64,000 nt of DNA from NCBI GenBank assembly GCA_002269645.1, contig NIVC01002811.1, positions 1 through 64,000 of the forward strand, in the 5' to 3' direction. Below the pieces are notes generated by a model. The model did no database searches. It was not told where the DNA came from and saw nothing but the letters and a program-made list of their open reading frames with translations. Shown in pieces: positions 37,237-49,550 of the stretch. The translations under genes and the position numbers were made by a program. Source of the stretch: Macrostomum lignano (lineage: Eukaryota). Position 1 is the stretch's first letter, and every line of letters starts with the position of its first letter.

Positions 37237-38193
37237 ATGCCTGAGCCGGATACAGTGGAAGAACTTGTCATGCCACAGCAGCCAGACGAGCAGCCAGACC
37301 AGCAACAGCAACAAACCGAAGCTGCGTCAGATGAGGAAACACCAGTTGAAGAACCGTTGGCAGATCCAGCAGGAGAGCCACCAGTTCAAGAGTTTCAGTT
37401 GCACTCGGCCGGCAGCGCCAGCATCACTCAGCAGCCGCTGCCGCTGCCGCTGCAGCCTCTACCGCCACCGCAGGAGGGCCGGAACTGGCACTTCACTGTG
37501 GCGTTCGCCGGTCCGAGCCGGGTCGGCAAGACCAAACTGATCTGCCGCTTCACCCACAGTCAGTTCAGCGACGGTTACACAGAGACTCTGTCAGCCGCTC
37601 CGCGATCCAAAGCCGTAGCCATCGGTCGGCATCACGTGACCTTCCAGTGCTGGGACACGCCAGGCCGGGCCACCCTGGAAACCGGCCTGGACAGGCAGCT
37701 GCGCTTCCTGCACGCGTTGTTCATCGTCTTTGACGCGTCGCGCGACTGCACCCACGAGCTGGGCAGATGGTGCGCACTGGCCGAGACCTGCGGCCCGCCG
37801 CGCCCGATGCTGGTGCTGGTGGGCAACAAGACCGACCTCGGGCAGCACACCGCCACCCTGTCCGCCGCAAGGCAGCTGGCCGCCTCAGCTGCGCCAATCT
37901 TCTGCCTCAGCGTCTTGGCCGACGATGAGAACGTCGAGGTCGACGCCATGATGCTGGAGGTGGCCAAGGAGCTCACGGAGAGGCACAGCCGGCCGCTCGG
38001 AGGTCCGCGGCCGGGCCCAGCTGGCGAGCTGCCGGCCGGCCCGAGTCCCGACTCGTCCAGCGGCTGCGGAGACGGCGACGTCGAAGACAGCGGAGTCGGC
38101 AAGGCGAAGGGCGACGACGGGCGAAAGTCCGGGGTCGGTGCGAAGGTCAAAGAGGCGCTGACGGGCTGGCTGAACCGTTGCCAATGCTGCTGA
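37237..38193 (+). CDS. Intronless divergent Rab-like small GTPase with an acidic/Gln/Pro-rich N-terminal extension
   Basis: 318-aa ORF with G1 GPSRVGKT, G3 WDTPGR, G4 GNKTD and C-terminal CQCC prenylation motif. Confidence 0.88.
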   Translation: MPEPDTVEELVMPQQPDEQPDQQQQQTEAASDEETPVEEPLADPAGEPPVQEFQLHSAGSASITQQPLPLPLQPLPPPQEGRNWHFTVAFAGPSRVGKTKLICRFTHSQFSDGYTETLSAAPRSKAVAIGRHHVTFQCWDTPGRATLETGLDRQLRFLHALFIVFDASRDCTHELGRWCALAETCGPPRPMLVLVGNKTDLGQHTATLSAARQLAASAAPIFCLSVLADDENVEVDAMMLEVAKELTERHSRPLGGPRPGPAGELPAGPSPDSSSGCGDGDVEDSGVGKAKGDDGRKSGVGAKVKEALTGWLNRCQCC

Positions 38194-38367
38194 GCACCCA
38201 GAGCCCCCCCCCCGACCGACTCCATCTGGAATCAACTCCATATCAAGAAACCGCGGTCTCGGGAAATGCGACTGGATCTGGGATGAATGGTCGGGGGAGG
38301 GGGAGGGTCTTTAGTCGGCCGCAGTGCGACAGCCGTGCATTTATTATTTACATAGGAGAAACCGAGC

Positions 38368-38391
38368 GAGAGAGAGAGAGAGAGAGAGAGA
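38368..38391 (+). repeat. (GA)n microsatellite
   Basis: 12 GA units. Confidence 0.95.
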
Positions 38392-39012
38392 GGCAGCTCA
38401 AGTCCGTTTGCTTTGAAAGTCCTAGGCCATTCATTTCATTCTTTACCCTTAGCAACCGCAGCAGCAAGTGAGCATATCTTCAAACACTACCGACTCCGAC
38501 CAGGAAGAATCATTCATTTCTGAGCAGCGTACTCAACTCTGTCAGACGTTTTTTTTAATTTTCGGTTATTATTTCTGTTGCAAAATTGTGTGGCTCAGTT
38601 AGACTGCCCGCTCCGCTTGTAACCCCGGCGCATTTCAGTTGCAGCATTTTAAGTTTATCTACTCGTACCTGCACCTGCTTCTCAGATGTACCATATGACT
38701 ATGTGATACACATGCACTGTATTTACATATGTGTATGTATAGTACTACTCATAATACTAATGGTATCTATGCACAAGTACCCTTATTAACGGATTAACAA
38801 GTAAACATTTACAAAAGCTCGGCTACTCCTGTTGTAGCTGCTATCTTAGCAAAGTGTCCGACAACTCAACTGGGTGGCTGCTGCTTTCGTGCACTGGTCG
38901 ATGAAGCTTCCTCGGTGCTTTTAATGATGCTGGACTTCAGTGAAACTTCGGCTTCAGGTTTCCATTCTGAATGGGAACTCGGCTACATAATGTAACTTTA
39001 GGGTCCACTGTT

Positions 39013-39395
<383 letters not shown>

Positions 39396-40075
39396 TGGTG
39401 TAGAGCCATAGAACCCACAGAGACTTACACTTGCACTCAGTAAGCTGGCAGGGATTTGGCAAGTTTCGCATTAATAAGCCGTGGATTCCGAGAGGCCCCA
39501 GTTGGCCAGCTGGAATTCAATTTCAGCTGGCTACAGCGGACTTGATTGCAACTATTCCTGCCTCAGCCGGGGCTGCTCAGTTCCTTCTCTGAGCAGTAGA
39601 GTTCGGGCAGTTCATCATTCTGTGTTCCGCGCTCTCTCATGTAGCGCGATTCCCCATAGCAACACGAGAGCAGGTCCTCATCATGCGTAGCCGCAGCTCT
39701 AGGAATTAAGAGACGGACAATAATAACAGCTCACATGGCCGCGGAATTGGGCCAAGTGGCCTCGCTACAATTGCCTTCCACTTCCACTGAGTCCCTGGGG
39801 CATCTGCCTTCTGTGGCTGCCTGCCTGCCTGTCTGTCCGCCTGCCGCTAGCCGCCGCTAAGTGCGCCTCAAGGCTCTCAAAGCAGCTGTTTGTGCGGCCA
39901 ACTGTGCTGCATCACATTGGGATGTGCAGCTCTTTCATCTCGGCTTCAATCACCGCTGTTTGATTTTTCGCTTCAATAGCTTGCTCCAGGTATTGGGTGT
40001 TGGTGTATGTACTTTTGTTAGCGAAGGCTCAATCAGTTGGAATTATTGATTTCTTTACATCTTGCCTTGTGTGTT

Positions 40076-40460
40076 AGTCAGTCAGTCAGTCAGTCAGTCA
40101 GTCAGTCAGTCAGTCAGTCAGTCAGTCAGTCAGTCACTCACTCACTCACTCAAGTCAGTCAGTCAGTCAGTCAGTCAGTCAGTCAGTCAGTCAGTCAGTC
40201 AGTCAGTCAGTCAGTCAGTCAGTCAGTCAGTCAGTCAGTCAGTCAGTCAGTCAGTCAGTCAGTCAGTCAGTCAGTCAGTCATTCAGTCAGTCAGTCAGTC
40301 AGTCAGTCAGTCAGTCAGTCAGTCAGTCAGTCAGTCAGTCAGTCAGTCAGTTAGTCAGGCAGGCAGTCAGTCAGTCAGTCAGTCAGTCAGTCAGTCAGTC
40401 AGTCAGTCAGTTAGTCAGGCAGGCAGTCAGTCAGTCAGTCAGTCAGTCAGTCAGTCAGTC
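40076..40460 (+). repeat. (GTCA)n microsatellite
   Basis: About 95 units with minor variants. Confidence 0.99.
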
Positions 40461-41586
40461 GCAGGCGGAACGGAGCACTCGGTCGTGATCAGGGGAAGCG
40501 ATGTTCAGGTGAAGAGCACTCGATAGATAAGCAGACTCGGTGGTTGAACTTCCACTCGGAGTCGCAAGTGAGCTCAGCCGCATGCATAAGACACGCATTA
40601 GAAAATCCACTTTGAGTCCCAGCAACGATCACAGAGCCCCACGGAGTACACAGAGAGTAGAGAGGCCAGAACCAAATTCAAGTGAAACTCACAACGCTTG
40701 CCAGCTGGCGCAGAAAAAAAGGTTGCTGTTTTGAGAATTCGGAAAATCGATGCCGCTGTGCTGGAAAACAGATTTAGTGCACTTTCCAGATCGGAGCTCC
40801 GCTACTTTTTAAGCAGCTATTAGCCAGTACCCCACCCCCCCCCACCCTGCTGGTCCTTCAGCGAATCAGCGGTCGAAGAGGCTTAAAAAATCAACTGCAA
40901 CTTGATTCGCTGTAACCGTTACAGCAGTTTGTCTGTTTCTGTCATACAGTTTTGACCTTCCACAAGATTACATAAATTTTTGAATGCCCAAATTAAAGCG
41001 CTGAATTGGCTAGTTTTTAACGCAGAGACGTACAGCTAAACTATATATTTCAGCTCAAGAGGTCAATTGAAGGTTACATGTAGTTACAAGTGGCTGGAAA
41101 TAGGCCAAAGTGTCTGTATTTTTCTGAATCTAATTATTTACCTAATAATTAATTGGCCAGGAGAGGATGAAATGTAGATTGTCGATTGTTATATTCGTAG
41201 CTATCGCTTTTGCGGAACAGACGGAATGCACCTTTAAAGGTGAGGCCAATAGAGCTTGAAGCGCCAGCAAAAGGAACAGAATTCAGGCAACGCAAAGGTC
41301 TGCTGCTATCCTAGGGACCCCTCAGTCACAGGGAAGGCCTCAGCTAATAAAAAATAACTGACAGACCATACGATTTTGCACCTGTCTGCTTTCTTTAAAA
41401 GAAGCTGAGCCTCTTAAAAGGTTTCTAAAGAATGTTTTACTAAGGCAGAAAAATCGCTGATAAAATGGTGCCAAATGCTGTTATGCTTGCGACTTCATCT
41501 TCAGTCTGGTTCGACTTTCAGAAGAGCAATTGACACATCGACTCCATTGTGACACAATTTCTAAAGACTAGGACACATTAGACTCC

Positions 41587-43780
41587 AGATTGAGACACAT
41601 CATTACTGTAGATTGAGACACATCATTACTGCAGATTGAGAGACATCATTACTGCAGATTGAGACACATCATTACTGCAGATTGAGACACATCATTACTG
41701 GAGATTGAGACACATCATTACTGCAGATTGAGACACATCATTACTGTAGTTTGAGACACATCATTACTGGAGATTGAGACACCCCAGGTAGAGGTAGATG
41801 ACGGAGACACATCTGACCTTTGTTGTCATGCAATCGGCTGCTCGGTCGCTCTCCAGTCACTTCCCTTGCAGATTAAGAGGTCGAGCAGGCATCGCGTGAG
41901 CTGCGGTGCGGCCCTCTCAAACAGGAAACTTGCAATCGCCCTGCGCCTTCTGATTAATGAGCCCAGTTTATCACCCGACAGCTCAGAGAAGTACTGCTGC
42001 GGCCTGTCTCTGATCACGGATCGGTGGGGCGCATGGTTACACCATGGTGATAAGCTATAGAGCTCCAACAAGCATGGTCTGCAGAGTTCTCCAACCCCCC
42101 GGAGCGATGACGGAGTGACACGTGACAATCGCTCAGCAGATTGGAAACCGTAAAGACCTTCCGAGTTCGTGAGGTTGCAGAAGCGATTGAAACTGCGGCT
42201 TTCCGTGAATATTTTTAATGTGCACCGGATACGGCAGTTATATTCTCTACTCGCTACTTTCTCCAATTGATGAGTAGAGTACTCAACTCAAACTTGAAAT
42301 TGAAATGCATCCATCCAATATTCTTAAAATGTATTGCTTAAAATTTAGAAGCAGCAATACTGTTGGTTAGGACCGGCTATTACTCGAGATTGAGACACAT
42401 GAATACTGGAGATTGAGACACATCAATACTGGAGATTGAGACACATCAATACTGTAGATTAAGACACATCATTACTGTAGATTGAGACACGTCCATACTG
42501 TAGATTGAGACAAATCAATACTGTAGATTAAGACACATCATTACTGTAGATTGAGACACATCATTACTGTAGATTGAGACACATCATTACTGTAGGCTGA
42601 GACACATCAATACTGGAGATTGAGACACATCAATACTGTAGATTAAGACACATCATTACTGGAGATTGAGACACATCATTACTGTAGATTGAGACACATC
42701 ATTACTGTAGGCTGAGACACATTATTACTGTAGGCTGAGACACATCAATACTGTAGATTAAGACACATCCATACTGTAGATTGAGACACATCATTACTGT
42801 AGGCTGAGACACATCAATACTGGAGATTGAGACACATCAATACTGGAGATTGAGACACATCAATACTGGAGATTAAGACACATCATTACTGTAGATTGAG
42901 ACACATCCATACTGTAGGCTGAGACACATCATTACTGGAGATTAAGACACATCATTACTGTAGATTGAGACACATCATTACTGTAGGCTGAGACACATCA
43001 ATACTGGAGATTGAGACACATCATTACTGTAGATTGAGACACATCATTACTGTAGGCTGAGACACATCAATACTGGAGATTGAGACACATCATTACTGTA
43101 GATTAAGACACATCATTACTGTAGATTGAGACACATCAATACTGGAGATTGAGACACATCAATACTGGAGATTGAGACACATCAATACTGGAGATTAAGA
43201 CACATCATTACTGTAGATTGAGACACATCCATACTGTAGGCTGAGACACATCATTACTGGAGATTAAGACACATCATTACTGTAGATTGAGACACATCTA
43301 TACTGTAGGCTGAGACACATCAATACTGGAGATTGAGACACATCAATACTGTAGATTAAGACACATCATTACTGTAGATTGAGACACATCATTACTGTAG
43401 GCTGAGACACATCAATACTGGAGATTGAGACACATCAATACTGTAGATTAAGACACATCATTACTGTAGATTGAGACACATCATTACTGTAGGCTGAGAC
43501 ACATCATTACTGTAGGCTGAGACACATTATTACTGTAGGCTGAGACACATCAATACTGTAGATTAAGACACATCCATACTGTAGATTGAGACACATCCAT
43601 ACTGTAGATTGAGACACATCATTACTGTAGATTGAGACACATCTATACTGTAGGCTGAGACACATCAATACTGTAGATTGAGACACATCATTACTGTAGA
43701 TTGAGACACATCCATACTGTAGATTGAGACACATCCATACTGTAGGCTGAGACACATCCATACTGTAGGCTGAGACACAT
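41587..43780 (+). repeat. 23-bp minisatellite (AGATTGAGACACATCATTACTGT)n in two blocks, 41587-41782 and 42387-43780
   Basis: Same unit on both sides of about 600 bp of non-repetitive sequence. Confidence 0.97.
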
Positions 43781-44011
43781 GGTTACTAGAGTAAAGTAGG
43801 ACATAATTAGTGTGCACCGAATACCACAATTATATCCGCTAGTGACTACTTGTTCTAGCTCGTAGAGTAGTCATGGAAACTAAAGCAGAAGGACCTGCAC
43901 ACGTAAAGCAAGCACGCGTTTTGTCCGACTGTTGAGCCACAATCTGCCCAATTGGCTGTCACAAAATCGTGATAGCCTACAAACTGAGCCGCTTGTATAC
44001 CAGACGGAAAA

Positions 44012-47000
44012 ATGGCATTGCAGTCCCAGTCTGTCAAGGACAAAATGCAGCCGAGTCCGGAAAAGACAGCCGCGAATAGCGGTGACCAGATGAAGCGGCA
44101 GTCGGGCCAAAGAAAGCGGAGCTTCATGATCAAGGATCTGCTGGACGAGGCCGACAGTACAGCATGGCGTACCGGTGAGTTACATCTCTGGTTCTGATTA
44201 TTGGTCAATTTACAAGCTCTGATGGATGAGCAAATAGCAAAGGAAAGATCAAGGATTATGCTTCAAATAGAAGAATTATCAAAGTTTCAGATCTCTTTCC
44301 TATCGCTCAAAGAGAATTAATCGCTTAGGATGTCAAACCCTCCCAATATGCTTGTAGAATGATTGTCCAAATGCTCATAGGGCTCATTGCTCAGGTGGTC
44401 AAGTGCTCATAGGGCTCATTGCTCAGGTGGTCAAGTGCTCATAGGGCTCATTGCTCACATGGTCAAGTGCTCATAGGGCTCATTGCTCACATGGTCAAGT
44501 GCTCATAGGGCTCATTGCTCACATGGTCAAGTGCTCATAGGGCTCATTGCTCAGGTGGTCAAGTGCTCATAGGGCTCATTGCTCAGGTGGTCAAGTGCTC
44601 ATAGGGCTCATTGCTCAGGTGGTCAAGTGCTCATAGGGCTCATTGCTCAGGTGGTCAAGTGCTCATAGAGCTCATTGCTCAGGTGGTCAAGTGCTCATAG
44701 GGCTCATTGCTCAGGTGGTCAAGTGCTCATAGGGCTCATTGCTCAGGTGGTCAAGTGCTCATAGAGCTCATTGCTCAGGTGGTCAAGTGCTCATAGGGCT
44801 CATTGCTCAGGTGGTCAAGTGCTCATAGGGCTCATTGCTCACATGGTCAAGTGCTCATAGGGCTCATTACTCACATGGTCAAGTGCTCATAGGGCTCATT
44901 GCTCACATGGTCAAGTGCTCATAGGGCTCATTGCTCACATGGTCAAGTGCTCATAGGGCTCATTGCTCAGGTGGTCAAGTGCTGATAGGGCTCATTGCTC
45001 AGGTGGTCAAGTGCTCATAGGGCTCATTGCTCAGGTGGTCAAGTGCTCATAGGGCTCATTGCTCACATGGTCAAGTGCTCATAGGGCTCATTGCTCACAT
45101 GGTCAAGTGCTCATAGGGCTCATTGCTCACATGGTCAAGTGCTCATAGGGCTCATTGCTCAGGTGGTCAAGTGCTCATAGAGCTCATTGCTCAGGTGGTC
45201 AAGTGCTCATAGGGCTCATTGCTCAGGTGGTCAAGTGCTCATAGGGCTCATTGCTCACATGGTCAAGTGCTCATAGGGCTCATTGCTCAGGTGGTCAAGT
45301 GCTCATAGGGCTCATTGCTCACATGGTCAAGTGCTCATAGGGCTCATTGCTCAGGTGGTCAAGTGCTCATAGGGCTCATTGCTCACATGGTCAAGTGCTC
45401 ATAGGGCTCATTACTCACATGGTCAAGTGCTCATAGGGCTCATTGCTCACATGGTCAAGTGCTCATAGGGCTCATTGCTCACATGGTCAAGTGCTCATAG
45501 GGCTCATTGCTCACATGGTCAAGTGCTCATAGGGCTCATTGCTCAGGTAGTCAAGTGCTCATAGGGCTCATTGCTCACATGGTCAAGTGCTCATAGGGCT
45601 CATTGCTCAGGTGGTCAAGTGCTCATAGGGCTCATTGCTCAGGTGGTCAAGTGCTCATAGGGCTCATTGCTCTCATGGTCAAGTGCTCATAGGGCTCATT
45701 GCTCAGGTGGTCAAGTGCTCATAGGGCTCATTGCTCACATGGTCATGCCAGCCCATGAAAAGCATTGCTACGCCGCATCCATCAACCAGCCGCTTCGCTG
45801 AAATCAAAGTCAGCTAATGGCACCGCGGCGGCCGCATTGCCATGGCAACGGAAGCAGCGCAAAGCTCGCACCGCATTCACCGAGGCGCAGCTAAGTGGAC
45901 TCGAGCGAGCATTCAGCCAGCGGAAATACCTGAGCCTGGCTGACCGAAACCGGCTAGCGGCCGGATTGCGCCTCAGCGACGTCCAGGTGAAGACCTGGTA
46001 CCAGAACCGGCGGTGAGTGACCGACAGATGCGGGCTGTCGAGGTGACTGGGGTTCAGTTTAGCGGCGCGTTCTTGTCCTTAAAAATTTCTGCACTTATTC
46101 TCCCATAGATCAGGGTGCCACAGGGTATAAAATATTCCGCAATGTGATTTGCGATTCAGTAATATGGGAAGCTTGCAGTGGGGGCGACATTTCATTTGAT
46201 GGTGCTTTATTTCAGCTGAGGGGGCGCTACTTTAGTTGAGGGAGCGCCAGTTCTATTGAGAGGGCGCCATTTCAGTTGAAGGGGCGCCATTTCAGTTGAG
46301 GGGTGCCATTTTGGGTGAGGGGGCGCCATTTCAATTAAGGAGAGCGCCATTTCAGTCCAGAGGGCGCCCTTTTAAGTTAAGGAACTAAAGAACTCAGTTG
46401 AGAGAGGCGCCATTTCAGTTAAGGAAAGCGCCATTTCAGTTGAGAGAGGCGCCATTTCAGTTAAGGAAAGCGCCATTTCAGTTGAGAGAGGCGCCATTTC
46501 AGTTAAGGAAAGCGCCATTTCAGTTGAGAGAGGCGCCATTTCAGTTAAGGAAAGCGCCATTTCAGTTGAGAGAGGCGCCATTTCAATTAAGGAGAGCGCC
46601 ATTTCAGTCTAGAGGGCGCCCTTTTAAGTTAAGGAACTAAAGAACTCAGTTGAGAGAGGCGCCATTTCAGTTGAGAGAGGCGCCATTTGACTATAGCTCG
46701 GTGTAATACCTGACAGGGAAATTCATGTGTATCATAGCCACAGATTATAGTTATTATATCTGTGATCATAGCTATCCAATTCAATAGAAGTACCTCCCTG
46801 TACTTGCACCTAAACCCACCCCAAAACTGATTTGATTGTCAACCAAGCACCAAATGGAAGCGAGAGGCGGCAGCGCTACGGGACTCGACTCGCCTGCGTG
46901 TATCTGGCACCGCGGCCGCGTCGCCTCAGCCTGGGGAATTCTGCTGCTGCTGTTGCAGCGCAGCTGCCTACGCACACAAGCCAGCCAATAACGATAGCCG

Positions 47001-47058
47001 AAACAAGAGCAAAGCCAAATCTAGCACGACTGCAGCAGCTGGAGCAGCAGAGAAGTGA
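44012..47058 (+). CDS. BARHL: BarH-like (NK-like class) homeobox transcription factor
   Basis: Exon 1 44012(or 44045)-44174 with eh1 motif SFMIKDLL; exon 2 45790-46012 [54 protein letters not shown]; exon 3 46848-47058 completes TKWKR. Splice phases 1 and 2 match. WYQNRR with [10 protein letters not shown] is Bar-typical. Confidence 0.88.
44372..45745 (+). repeat. 32-bp minisatellite (GCTCATAGGGCTCATTGCTCAGGTGGTCAAGT)n in BarH intron 1
   Basis: About 43 units with CAGGT/CACAT variants. Confidence 0.99.
46207..46690 (+). repeat. GCGCCATTTCAGTT-based ~21-22-bp alternating repeat in BarH intron 2
   Basis: Alternating TGAGAGAGGCGCCATTTCAGT / TAAGGAAAGCGCCATTTCAGT units, plus a duplicated block near 46330-46400 and 46580-46650. 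Confidence 0.92.
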
Positions 47059-47202
47059 GGCTGATCGGCTTGGCGACATTCAATAAACTCTGCTCTGAAT
47101 AAATACAACTTTGTGCATCTGTTGCCTAAGGAGCACCAGCCAGCGCCATTTACATGTTCGCGCATACAGTTGCTAATCCATGCCAAAGTTTGATAAATAG
47201 TA

Positions 47203-48153
47203 TAGAGTGAGGGATGGGGGTGACAGATGGAGTGAGGGATGGGTGTGACAGATAGAGTGAGGGATGGGTGTGACAGATGGAGTGAGGGATGGCTGTGACA
47301 GATGGAGTGAGGGATGGGTGTGACGGATGGAGTGAGGGATGGGTGTGACAGATGGAGTGAGGGATGGGTGTGACAGATGGAGTGAGGGATGGGGGTGACA
47401 GATGGAGTGAGGGATGGGTGTGACAGATGGAGTGAGGGATGGGGGTGACAGATGGAGTGAGGGATGGGTGTGACAGATGGAGTGAGGGATGGGTGTGACA
47501 GATGGAGTGAGGGATGGGTGTGACAGATGGAGTGAGGGATGGGGGTGACAGATGGAGTGAGGGATGGGTGTGACAGATGGAGTGAGGGATGGGTGTGACG
47601 GATGGAGTGAGGGATGGGTGTGACAGATGGAGTGAGGGATGGGTGTGACAGATGGAGTGAGGGATGGGGGTGACAGATGGAGTGAGGGATGGGTGTGACA
47701 GATGGAGTGAGGGATGGGGGTGACAGATGGAGTGAGGGATGGGTGTGACAGATGGAGTGAGGGATGGGTGTGACAGATGGAGTGAGGGATGGGTGTGACG
47801 GATGGAGTGAGGGATGGGGGTGACAGATGGAGTGAGGGATGGGGGTGACAGATGGAGTGAGGGATGGGTGTGACAGATGGAGTGAGGGATGGGGGTGACA
47901 GATGGAGTGAGGGATGGGTGTGACAGATGGAGTGAGGGATGGGTGTGACAGATGGAGTGAGGGATGGGTGTGACAGATGGAGTGAGGGATGGGTGTGACA
48001 GATGGAGTGAGGGATGGGTGTGACAGATGGAGTGAGGGATGGGTGTGACGGATGGAGTGAGGGATGGGTGTGACAGATAGAGTGAGGGATGGGTGTGACG
48101 GATGGAGTGAGGGATGGGTGTGACGGATGGAGTGAGGGATGGGTGTGACAGAT
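47203..48153 (+). repeat. 25-bp G-rich minisatellite (GGGATGGGTGTGACAGATGGAGTGA)n
   Basis: About 38 units, downstream of the BarH stop. Confidence 0.99.
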
Positions 48154-48607
48154 CTAGTCTGACTGTTAAATAGAACCATCTGAATGCCACAAATCCACTA
48201 AGAAACGCAGCACTGCATCAGATCAAAGAGTTCAGCTGATTATTTGCAGGACAATAAAATACAAGAAATCTGAAAGCAGAGAATCCAGTTGTCAAGATTA
48301 CCATAATTTCCGATAAAAGCGGTTTTAAAATTTTATTTTACCACACTTAGCCAGCTTAACAAACGGCACAAAACCATGATAAAGCGATTACGGTTCTAAA
48401 GTTTGTTTAACTGCTTGCTAATCCGGTACGAGCTGGTTAAGCATGCTGCGAACTGTCACACTAGCTACCGACTTATCTCGTCTGAAGCTTTTAAAATCGA
48501 ACCCCAATTCAAGATTTGCAACAGCTGTTTCTGCTAGAGCCCTGAATTTGACTTTGTTGCTTTTTAATAGCAGTTTTTTTTCCTGGCCAATAAAATCATA
48601 ATTGTCT

Positions 48608-48930
48608 AGTGACATGAGAATTCTGCTACAGTGACATGAGAATGCCGCTACAGTGACATGAGAATGCCGTACAGTGACATGAGAATGCCGCTACAGTGAC
48701 ATGAGAATGCCGTACAGTGACATGAGAATGCCGCTACAGTGACATGAGAATGCCGCTACAGTGACATGAGAATGCCGCTACAGTGACATGAGAATGCCTC
48801 CCCAGTGACATGAGAATGCCTCCCCAGTGACATGAGAATGCCGCTACAGTGACATGAGAATGCCTCCCCAGTGACATGAGAATGCCGCTACAGTGACATG
48901 AGAATGCCTCCCCAGTGACATGAGAATGCA
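48608..48930 (+). repeat. 22-bp minisatellite (ACAGTGACATGAGAATGCCGCT)n
   Basis: About 14 units. Confidence 0.96.
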
Positions 48931-49550
48931 GAAAGTAGGCACACACTATAACACTCAAATGGCATTTTTGCTTGGCCACCACGGGCAGCGGGAGGGTGAG
49001 TAGCGCAAATAGAAAAATAAATTGACATGAAATATTTTATTTCATAGGCCCGCAACTGGGCAGCCGTGACAGTGGTGTGGTAGATGGGGTACAGAAAAAG
49101 TAATAAGTCAATAAATACATAAAAGAATTCGATGCACTATAATTAGGGGTAAGAAAAGCTTGACTATGTGTAGACTATAAACATACTAACCAAAGGATTA
49201 GCTCACTACATATGGGCACTATTTAAAATGCTGCAGAGTATGCATTGGTCATAAATATTAGACACAAATTGATTATTTAAATGCTTTAACTACTTGCAAT
49301 TGAGCGTCTGTTTCGAGTTTTGTAAACTAAATTTATGCGGAAAACAAGTATTATATGGACTTCAATGTTGATCGTGCACTTTGCAGGAAAATATTTTGCG
49401 AATGGCCTATGCATAATAACCAGTCTAAGTGGTTTTCTCCTAATACCCGCAGGCTGAAACCAGATGTTGGCTCACTAATAAGTCTCATACATACACAAAT
49501 ATGTATATATACATAGAAATACCGACCACTCGGATAAAACACTAAGCATA

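Noticed and set aside
46968-48190. His/Pro/Ser-rich ORFs of 346-403 aa
   Set aside because: Translation of the 25-bp minisatellite.
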